Assembly: GCA_963703225.1 (NCBI GenBank)
Contig: OY969801.1
Location: 2,752,001-2,816,000 of the forward strand
DNA length: 64,000 bases
Direction: 5' to 3'
Origin: Candidatus Eiseniibacteriota bacterium
Lineage (GTDB): Bacteria; Eisenbacteria; RBG-16-71-46; SZUA-252
The position numbers and the translations under genes are program-made. Every line of letters begins with the position of its first letter. Position 1 is the first letter of the stretch. The notes beneath the pieces were generated by a model that ran no database searches, was not told the origin of the DNA, and worked only from the letters and a program-made list of their open reading frames with translations. Below are positions 18,850 to 28,500 of the stretch, piece after piece.

Positions 18850-20448
18850 CTACCTTGCTACGATGACCTTCCTCATTTGGACGTGCCCGCCGGACTCGAG
18901 CTTTGCGAAGTAGGCTCCGGAGGCAACCGGCTGCCCCGACCCGTCCCTGCCGTCCCACGCCACCGAGCGCCGTCCCGGCGGCAATGTTTGGTCGATTACG
19001 GTCGCCACCTTCCGGCCCGCGACGGTGTAGATGGTCAGCTTGACCTGATTGGCGCTGGGCACCGCGAAGCTCAAATTCGCCCGCGCTCCGAAGGGATTGG
19101 GGTAGACGGGATCGAGCTTCAGGGCCAGAGGCGCATTCGCCTCCGTGGGCACGCTCACCCAGACCTCGCTCGAGTACCCCTCGTCCCCCGCCGTCTGAAC
19201 CAGGAGTTTGTATGCGTACCGTTCGCCGGGGGTCGCGGTGCGATCCTCGTAAACCACCCGGGTGCCCGACTCCACAGAGCCGGGCCCTAACTCGACCCAA
19301 TCGCTCTCGGCCGTGCGTCGGAGCACCGTGCAGGCAGCACCTCGAGTATCCGGAACCACCCACCGCAGTCGTACCACGCCAGCATCAGCCTTGGCCTCCT
19401 CCAAGGCGATGGCGATTGCCGTTGTGCCGCCTATCGGGCGGCGCCAAAGCCCATCCGCCCTTGCGGCGTAGAGGCTGTCTCCGCTGATCGCCAGCTTCTG
19501 GACGAATACACCCGGCTGGTTCTCAGCGTTTTGCCACGTCGCACCATCGTCGTCGCTCTCCTCTATCACGGCGGCCGGGGGTGCCGGTATATCGAACGCC
19601 GCGAACAGGCGTCCCCCTTGCGTGGCGAACGCGTCCCAACTCAGTACGCCGAGGCCCAGCCCGACCGGCGTCCACGGCTCCTGGCCCGCCACGCTGAGGA
19701 ACACTCCCAGCTCGGCTCCGACCACCCAGCCAGTCCCCGTCCACACGGCGGATTTGGCCTGCACCCCGGCATGGATCCCCACATTGTCGAGATTGGATAC
19801 CGTCCAGTCCAGGTCGCCGGGATCGCTGAAAAACACCTGTCCGTTGCTGCCCCCCGAGGCGAGCAGCCGACTCCCCCCGAGTGCCAGACTATTCACGTTC
19901 GATGCTTGGTTGGCCTCCAATTCGCTGCCGAATGGCTGCCACGCGGTACCCGCGAAGCTCCGTACATAGACGCCCGCGCCCGCGGTGGCCGCGTAGAGGC
20001 TTTCGCCACGCGCCTGAAGGTCGGTGACATCGAGCTGTGAATTCAAAATGCCGCCGACCAATCCGTCGTTGAACGGGCTCCAAGTCGTGCCCAGATTATC
20101 GCTCACGTGGACGCCTTGGCGAAACGTGCCGGCGTAGAGACGACCGTCTCGAATCAAGACGGCTTGAATCGCAGTGACACCCGACACCGGTTTGGTCGAG
20201 CGCAGCCACGTCACGCCCGCGTCCGTGCTGACATAGACCGCTGTATCGGCGCCCGCCGCGATCGTGTCGCCGTTCGCCGAGACCGAGAAGACTCTGGTCG
20301 TCGGGACGTCGGCAACTTGGGTCCACTGAGCCGATGCAGGCACGGCAATGGCTAAGGCGCCAAGAATCATGAAGCCGAGCGTATGGGAGCGAAAACCGTC
20401 AGACGTGAATCTCATCGAACCCAATCTGGCTAGAGGATCCATTGACAT
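18850..20448 (-). CDS. Secreted BNR/Asp-box beta-propeller protein with conserved FN3-like + FlgD-Ig tail (family member A)
   Basis: STDAGVTW, SDNLGTTW, SDDDGATW Asp-boxes; tail YPNPFG...IYTVAGRKV...WDGRD...VASGAYF. Confidence 0.85.
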   Translation of the reverse strand: MSMDPLARLGSMRFTSDGFRSHTLGFMILGALAIAVPASAQWTQVADVPTTRVFSVSANGDTIAAGADTAVYVSTDAGVTWLRSTKPVSGVTAIQAVLIRDGRLYAGTFRQGVHVSDNLGTTWSPFNDGLVGGILNSQLDVTDLQARGESLYAATAGAGVYVRSFAGTAWQPFGSELEANQASNVNSLALGGSRLLASGGSNGQVFFSDPGDLDWTVSNLDNVGIHAGVQAKSAVWTGTGWVVGAELGVFLSVAGQEPWTPVGLGLGVLSWDAFATQGGRLFAAFDIPAPPAAVIEESDDDGATWQNAENQPGVFVQKLAISGDSLYAARADGLWRRPIGGTTAIAIALEEAKADAGVVRLRWVVPDTRGAACTVLRRTAESDWVELGPGSVESGTRVVYEDRTATPGERYAYKLLVQTAGDEGYSSEVWVSVPTEANAPLALKLDPVYPNPFGARANLSFAVPSANQVKLTIYTVAGRKVATVIDQTLPPGRRSVAWDGRDGSGQPVASGAYFAKLESGGHVQMRKVIVAR

Positions 20449-20532
20449 CTCCTTCGTGGGTGAACCACCTGGCGCAAGTCCTCGGACCTTGGCCCTAGTG
20501 AGCTCGGAATTCGCCTCAACGTACCGCTTCTG

Positions 20533-21759
20533 CTAGTAACCAAGCGAGATCCCAATACCGCCTCCTAGGATCGGCTGCGTCCCAATGAAGTCCAGCGTCA
20601 GAGACTTCTGGGACTCCGAATTCCAGCTGACCGCGAAGGCGCGGACGAGGAGTCCGATCCGAAGATCGGAGCTAAGGCGAGTGCCGATATCCATATTGAA
20701 CTGGCCTCCGATCCGCCACTCTTCCAGCGACTCCTTTCTATGGCCCGAGCCAACGACCACACCGCCCTGCAATGAGTCGTAGTCCATCTCTGCACTCTCG
20801 CGAACCCAACAGACCGTGGGGCCGATTCCGAGTTGTAAGTTCGATCTGGTGCCAAGCCGTAAATCCAGCCCCGCGCTCAATCCCAAATCCACAATCTGCA
20901 GGAGTGAACTCTGCGGATAGTCGATCTGGGTAGGTGCCACATAATTGAACTTGGGCTGTCCCTTCGCCCACGAATACCCCGCGCTCAAGACAGCTCGCCC
21001 CGCACGCCCGACCCGCCTGAATCCTTGCAGTGCGGCGCGCCATCCTCCGCCGTCGTACTCATCGCTCACATCGTCCGGACCGATATAGAACCAGGAAAAG
21101 TCTCCGACGAGTCCGGAGAGAGGCTGTGACGGCGGCGTGGACGGAGGCCGCGCCATCAGATCCTCGGCCCGCATCCAACCCATCGGGGCTGGTGAACCGG
21201 CGACGCTCACGTGCAACCAAAGCTCGTCTTGAAGAACCTGCGAGTCATGCACCACGACGTCCGAACCCTCCGGCAGATCGGTAACCAACTCGGCGCCGGC
21301 TTCCTCGCCGCCCGGCTCGCTCCATATCAGGGCCCCATATCCCGACGAATCCGCGGGCATCACGATAGCGCGGGACCCCTCTGCCCATCGCACCTCGGTC
21401 GGCCCCAGCATCGAGGGTTCGGATGTGGCATTGTCTTCGACGGCGTCACCGATACAGCATCCGGCCTCGCCGCCCTGGCTGCTGTCGTCGTCCTTGTCGT
21501 CCTTGTCGTCTTTGTCCTTCTTTTGATCTCCCGTCCGTCCTTTTTCGCCGGAGGGTGTTTTGGGAACGCGCTGCTTCTCGTCATCCGAGGGAGGTTTGGG
21601 GGAGTCCGATGCCGAGACCATCTCCGTCCACCGATCCACGAGGGCGTAGCTTCGCTCAGGCGCCGCGGATGCGGGGGGAGGCATCACTGGTGAAGGAAGC
21701 GCGAGAGCCAGGACGACTGCCGCATCGAGGGAGGCGAGCGCGAGCCGTGCTCGGGGCAT
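20533..21759 (-). CDS. Secreted protein: charged linker, SH3b-like domain and C-terminal beta-barrel
   Basis: Signal peptide, DKDDKDD linker, WLHVSV...GWMRAEDL, terminal GIGISLGY. Confidence 0.65.
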   Translation of the reverse strand: MPRARLALASLDAAVVLALALPSPVMPPPASAAPERSYALVDRWTEMVSASDSPKPPSDDEKQRVPKTPSGEKGRTGDQKKDKDDKDDKDDDSSQGGEAGCCIGDAVEDNATSEPSMLGPTEVRWAEGSRAIVMPADSSGYGALIWSEPGGEEAGAELVTDLPEGSDVVVHDSQVLQDELWLHVSVAGSPAPMGWMRAEDLMARPPSTPPSQPLSGLVGDFSWFYIGPDDVSDEYDGGGWRAALQGFRRVGRAGRAVLSAGYSWAKGQPKFNYVAPTQIDYPQSSLLQIVDLGLSAGLDLRLGTRSNLQLGIGPTVCWVRESAEMDYDSLQGGVVVGSGHRKESLEEWRIGGQFNMDIGTRLSSDLRIGLLVRAFAVSWNSESQKSLTLDFIGTQPILGGGIGISLGY

Positions 21760-21932
21760 GATTACCTCTGAAGGTCTGGCTACGGTCGTCCTGTGGGGAG
21801 ATATGAAAGGCTACTCCCCGGCGGACAGTCGCGCCAGCATGGGAATCCACTCCTCGAGGTGGGACCTTCATCCAGACCGAGGGTCAGGGTGGGATTGTGT
21901 CGCCTCGACCCGCCGCCCTATGATCAACTCCG

Positions 21933-22460
21933 ATGAAGCAACGCAGAGCCGACACCCACCACATCCGTGCGATCGATCCGCAGTCTCGCACTGAAGTCGA
22001 GCTGGTCGCCTCTCGCATGCGCCAGACGCTGGTCGAGGTGCTGGGCGAAGAGGTCGGCACCAATATGTACACCATGGAGTGGCTGATCCAGCGCGTGTTG
22101 TGGCATCTGGATCCGAATCAGTGCGTTGGTCAGGTTCTCCTGTCGGAGGATGGCGAAGGGCGCGTCACCGGTCACACCATCGTGCGAATCGAGCGCGACC
22201 AGGATGGGAAGCTGATCGGACTGTTCTCCACCTTCTTTGTGGAGCCGGGATCGAGGAATCGGGCCATCGCCACGAGCTTCGTCGCTCATGGCGAGAGGTG
22301 GATGGTGGATCATGGAATGCATACCGCGAGGACCTATACGGCCGACTCCAACGATAGGCTCAAGAACCTCTTGATCCGCCTGGGCTATCAAGCGGTCCCC
22401 GTACAGAACCAGATGATTGCCTTGTCGAAGTCCTTGAAGGACGCGGACCGCGCGCGATGA
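21933..22460 (+). CDS. GNAT-family N-acetyltransferase
   Basis: FFVEPGSRNRAIAT (motif A variant), N..L.NL..RLGY. Confidence 0.8.
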   Translation: MKQRRADTHHIRAIDPQSRTEVELVASRMRQTLVEVLGEEVGTNMYTMEWLIQRVLWHLDPNQCVGQVLLSEDGEGRVTGHTIVRIERDQDGKLIGLFSTFFVEPGSRNRAIATSFVAHGERWMVDHGMHTARTYTADSNDRLKNLLIRLGYQAVPVQNQMIALSKSLKDADRAR

Positions 22461-22512
22461 GTCCGGCTACTCGCCCTGTCCACCGCTCATTCCACCACGC
22501 CGGGCAGATCGC

Positions 22513-25500
22513 CTACTTCAGGACCGTAATGGCACCCTTCGAGATGCCGTTCACGCTCCGCACGCGATAGTAGTAGACGCCCGATGCCAGGCGGCTTCCG
22601 TGGTCGTTTCTCCCGTCCAGCGTCACCTGGTGGGCGCCCGGCATGAAGTACTGCTGTGGCAGCACGTCCCGCACAAGGCGCCCATGCAGGTCGAACAGCT
22701 GCGCGTTCGCCGTCCCCGGTTCCGTGGTCACGAACGTGAGCGTTGCCTGTGGATTGAGCGGATTGGGAGACACCTGGGCCAATGATCCTGTACCCAGGAA
22801 GCCAAATTTGATTACATGGACCATCGTCGAGCCTCGGAACGACCCGCCCGACATGAGGTCCCCTTCCAGCGTCACCTCTACAGTGCTGGTACCGTTCGGA
22901 AGACCGGCGAAAAGGGTGCGGAGGTCATTTCGCATGAAGCAAATCCTGGCTTCAGGGACCCCGTTGTGATTTTGATCGTGGTCCACGATGCTCTGGCACT
23001 TTGTCGGGATCCACGCTCCGTTGCAGCTCATCGTGACCGAAGAGAGGACGACGTCGTTGATCCCAAAGGAGCCGTCCATTGGCTCGACTCGCACCCAAGT
23101 GGGCAGGATTTGTGGGAAGATATAGTTAAGGTTCAAGCCAAAGAAGACGTTCGCCGCGAAGGTGCCCTGCACGGTCGCCGTCGTCGTCGCGATGTTGCTC
23201 ACCATTCCATCCGAAACGGTCAATGCGACAGTGAACGGACTTTCCGACATCGATGTGTATGTATGCGACGGCGCCGGACTGCTCCCTGAACCGCCGTCTC
23301 CAAAGTCCCAGGTGAATTCCAACTCCTCACCGTCCGGGTCCGATGACCCGGATCCGTCGAATGCGATCGGCGCGCCGGTCATCCCGGTGTAGGGGCCGCC
23401 CGCGTTGGCAATGGGTGCACGGTTCTGGTTCGATACCGTGATCGCGGTTGTGGCGGAGCCCGACAGAACGTTGGCGGCCGTAAAGGTCACGTTGTAATCG
23501 CCCGCATTCGCGAAGCCCGGCATCCATGCAAAGGTTCCGCTCGGCAGCCCGGGATCGGGATCGAACGTGGCCCCCACAGGGAGTTCTCTCACGTCCAATG
23601 TGGCTATGGGATCTCCGTCGGGGTCCGCTGCGGCGACGATGAACGTCAGCAGCGTCCCCTCCGCGACCGTCTGTGTCGCCGGCGCCGTCACGATCGGCGG
23701 CCGATCCGTGTCGGCGATCGAAATGTGGACGATCACCGATCCTTCGAGGGGATCCAGAGGCCCGCTCGCGGGGTTTGAGTGTCGGGCGCTCGTGGCCAAG
23801 ATGGTCACCGGGTAGCTTCCAGCCTGGTCGAAGTCTGGCGTCCATTGAAGTTCACCCGCAGTGTTGGTTGTGTTCGCTACGAAGGTCGCGCCGGCGGGCA
23901 GGGGTGTCGCGGCCAGGGAGTACATGACGTCGCCGTCGGGGTCGGAAGCAGTCACACCCACGGTCAGCGGTGCGCCCTCCGCTCCGGTCGCCGTGGCGGG
24001 CGCCGTCACGATGGGCGGATCGTCGTGGTTGTCCGGAGCCCCCGCCACGTTCAGGTGTGCGGGCACCAACACCTCGGCCTCGTCCGGATCATTGCTCGCC
24101 ACCCGAATCGACGCGTTATACCCGCCGCCCAAGAGCCCACTCGCGTCGAACGTCACCTGGACATCGACGCTCCCGCCTGGGCGCACGGTCCCCAAGCCCG
24201 GTACGACCGACAACCAGCGCGTCGCGCCAAACGACAGCGTGTTTCGCACGATTTGCTTGAGAATCGGGAAGTCGGCGGGATTCGCCCAAAGGAAGTCGTC
24301 GGCCCCATTGATATAGTAGACCAGGGTGCCGGTGCCGAGCGGCTTCAGCACCAGTGCCGGGTAGTTGTCACCGTTCGTTACAGCGACCCGCGCAGCCGAG
24401 TCGTTGATGCGTAGCATGTACTGCGACGTATAGGGGTTGAGGAACGTGTAGCTGGGCGGCAGCCCGGTCGCGAGCGGGTCCAGTGGATCCACGACCCTGA
24501 GGTGCGGCGCGGCGGACGGCCTCCAATCGGACGCCCCGGCATGCGACAGCAGGTAGGCTTGGACCCCGTTGTAATACGAAGGGATGCTGCTCCCGCCGAG
24601 TATGAAAAGTAGCCTGCCAGCGGCGGCCGCGTTCGCGAGTGCCTGACAGCTGGCCTCGCTGATCGCGCCTCCATCGATCGCCACCACAATGGTGTGGTAG
24701 GGGGTGAAATTGATGCCGACGTAGTCTGATGTGAACATTAGGTCATAGCCATGGCCAAGCTCCCGCAGCGCCCGCAGGAGCCCGTTGTCGATCGGCGCAT
24801 TGCTAACCACGAGGATGCCGTTGCCGGCCACAATCGAGTTCTGCGACGCCGGTAGTGCGCCCGCAGAGGTCCCGGCGGCGGCCCCCACGCGGACCGCGGC
24901 CCCAGTCGAAGCCACTGCAAGCGGAGCGGGATTCTGGCTTGGCGTCCGGAACGACACCGGGGCGGTCGGCGCGGGTGCAATCGCCTGCGCGTCGACCGTG
25001 AATGTGAGGTCCGAACCGCCGGTGTTTCGAATCGTGACCAAGCGGGACGTGGTCTCTCCGGCCCGAAGGTCGGCGCTCAGCGATCCGGGCTCCACCCCGA
25101 TGTCCGGTGCGATGAGACCTTCGCCGTGCAGCGTCACCGTCACCACGCCCTCGTCCGGGTCGTCGCTGGCGATCGTGAGCAACCCATCGATCCTTGCCAC
25201 GCTCAGCGGCGAGAACGTCACGATCACATCGTGCGAGTCTCCCGGCCCGAGGCTGAATCCGTCCGGAGTCACACTGAAGTCACCCGGCGAAGCCGCCACG
25301 CCCGAGACCGTCAGCAGATCCGTGCCGTCGTTCCTGACCACCACCGTCGCCGAGCGCGAAACTCCCACGAACACCGTCCCATAGTCCATCGCCACGCTCG
25401 GAAGGGTGATGTCCGGCACCCCCACCACGTCCAAGTGCGCGGGCACCAACGCCTCGGTTTCGTCCGGGTCATTGCTCGCCACTCGAATCGATGCGTCATA

Positions 25501-28500
25501 CCCACCGCCCAAGAGTCCGCTCGCGTCGAACGTCACCTGGACATTGATGCTGCAGCCCGGAGGCACCGTCCCGATACCCGGCACGACCGACAACCAGCGC
25601 ACGGGGCGGGACAACATCGTGTTCCGCACGATCTGCTTGAAGATCGCGAAGTCGGCTGGGTTCTTCCAAAAGGAGTCGTCGGGCGGGTTGACATAGTAGA
25701 CCAGCGTGCCGCCGCCGAGAGACTTCTGCACCAGCGCTGGGTGGTTGTCGCCATTCCTTACAGCCACTCGCGCGGCTGAGTCACTGATGCGCAGCATGTA
25801 ATACGACGTTTGGTAGTCGGTAAATCTGCAGCTGGGCGGCAACCCAGTCGCGAGCGGGTCCAATGGATTCGCGACCGTGAGGTGCGGCGAGACGGATGTC
25901 ACCCAGCCAACCTCGCCGGTGTGCGACAGCAGGTAGGACTGGACCCCGCCGTAGTACGGGGGATAGTTGGTCCCGCCGATCATGAAAACCAGCCGGCCAC
26001 CGGCGGCCGCGCTTGCGAGTGCCTGGCAGCTGGCCCCGCTGATCGGGCCTCCATCCATCGCCGCCACGATGGTGTGATAGGGCGTGAAGTCGATGCCGGT
26101 GAAGTCCTCTGTGTATCTGACTTCGTAGCCATAGCCGAGTTCCAGCAAAGCGCGCAGCAGCCCGTTGGTGATCGGCGCATTGGCGAGCACCAGGACGTTG
26201 CTCCCGGGTACGACCGAGTTCTGCTGTGCCAGCAGCGGGCCGGACGTCGTTCGGACACCGGGCACGGCGGTGCCCGTACGGCTCGTGATCGTGCCTGTGG
26301 CGGCCGCCGAAGCAATCAAGACGGGATTCTGGCCTGGCGTCCTGGGCGACACGGCGGGGGCCGCCGCGGGTGCGGCCGCCTGCGGGGCGACCGTGACCGT
26401 GAGGTTCGAGCTGCCGGTGTTTCGAATCGTGACCCAGCGAGATGTGGTCTCCCCGGTCAGGAGGTCCGCGCTCAGCGCCGCGGGCGTAACGTCGATGTCC
26501 GGTGCGAGGAGCCCTTCACCACGCAGCGGCACGATCACCACTCCCTCGTCCGGGTCATTGCTGGTGATCGTTAGTGTTGAGCCCTGGACACCCACCGTGA
26601 CTGGGGAGAACGTCACGGTAACGTCCCGGCTCTCGAGCGGTTCCAGCGTGAATGCGGCTGGATCGACAGCATAACCGGGCAGGCCCGGTGCGATGCTCGT
26701 CACCTCGAGCCGGCTCGTCCCGAGATTCGTGACCTGAAGCGTGCGCGTCACGACTTGGCCCAGGAAGGGCGAGCCGAAATCCAGGCTGTCGGGATTCACG
26801 GCCAAGTCGGGGGCCCCCGTGAGGTGCAGAGACGCCGGCAACACGATCTCTGCCTCGTCCGGATCATTGCTGTCCACCACGACCTGCGCTGTGTAGTCCC
26901 CGGTCCGCAGGGCCCCAGGATCGAACGTGACGGCGAGATCAGCCGAACCTCCAGGAGGTACGACTCCGCTATCAGGGCTCACCGAGACCCAGGTCGCGAC
27001 GATGGCCCGGTCCATCACCTGCTGCAGCTCCGCCAGAGTCGACCCCACTCCGTAGGCCAGGGTCACGGGACGCCGCTCCGACGCCGCCAGCGTCCCCAGC
27101 TCGAAGTGCAGCACCTCCAATCCGTCAAAATCCAGCACCGGCCCAGACGGGACATCGACCTTTGTCGCCCGGGACTCAAAGTCGTTCCACCCGTTGATGT
27201 CCATGAGGTCCGGCGCCTGCGCCGCCGCGACCGCCACGTAATGCTGATCCCACGCAACCCCCATGTTGCGAGACCGGTCGTAGTCCCACGCATCATCGAG
27301 GAAGTCTCCGTCCACATCCCAGTCGACGTCCTCCTTCAGGACCACTTGAGTTAGCGGGCCCGCTGAGAGGTTCTGCAGCTCGGTGGTCACCTCAACGTAC
27401 TGTTCCGCTCGCAGGAACGTGAAGACGCGGCGAATGCCAAGCACCCCGTCGGATGTCCGCGTTACCACCTCAACCAAGACCCTCGACGGTGTGTTCTCCA
27501 ACTCCCGATACGACACCGGATCGATTCCAGACCGGATGAAGTTCACCGAGTAGCACACGTGATCGACGTCGCCGGACACGTACGCGAGGGTGTATCCGGT
27601 CAAGACCGTTCCAACGGCCAGGTGCTCGGTTCCTACTGGGGACTGGAAGGGCGTGATCTCCCCGAACTGGGTGATCCCGAATCGCAGGGATGTGCCCCCG
27701 TACACAGCCTGGACGGACGGAAGACCCACGTCGGGGCCCGTCTGGTTCAACGTCGAGCCACGCAGCGAGCTTGGTATTGAAACCGGGCTCCCTAGCGCAC
27801 CGGCCACCGCGCCCCGGGTCTTGCGAACCCCGAAGGTGAGGTCGCTTCCACCGGTGTTGCGCACCGTCATGACCTTCGTCGCGATCTCACCCGTCGTCAA
27901 CGACTCCGCGAACATCGACGGCTCCACCCCGATGTCCGGCGCGATGAGGCATTCACCATGCAGCGCCACCGTCACCACGCCCTCGTCCGGGTCATCGCTG
28001 GCCATCGTGAGCGATCCATCGATCGTCGCCACGCTCGCCGGCGAGAACGTCACGATCACATCGTGCGAGTCTCCCGGCGCGAGGCTAAATCCATCGGGGG
28101 CAACGGCGAAGGCACCCGGCGACACGATCACCCCCGTGACCGTCAGCAGATCCGCGCCCGCATTCGTGACCGTAATCGCCCGCGAGCGCGAAAACCCCAA
28201 GAACACCGTCCCGTATTCCACTGCCACGCTCGAAAGGGCGATGTCCGGCGCTCCGGTCACGTCCAGGCGCACGCGCACCGGCACCGCGGTTTCGTCCGGA
28301 TCATTGCTCAACACCCAGATCGAAGCGTCATATCCGCCGCCGAAGAGCCCGCTGGCGTCAAAGGTCACCTGAACATCGACCCTGCCGCCCGGAGGCAACG
28401 TCCCCGTCCTCGGCTCGATTGACAACCATTGGCCCCCACCGGCCGTCGTGATCTGGAGCGAAAAATCGAGGGTCCCCGCCGAAGGGTTTGTCAGCGTGAG

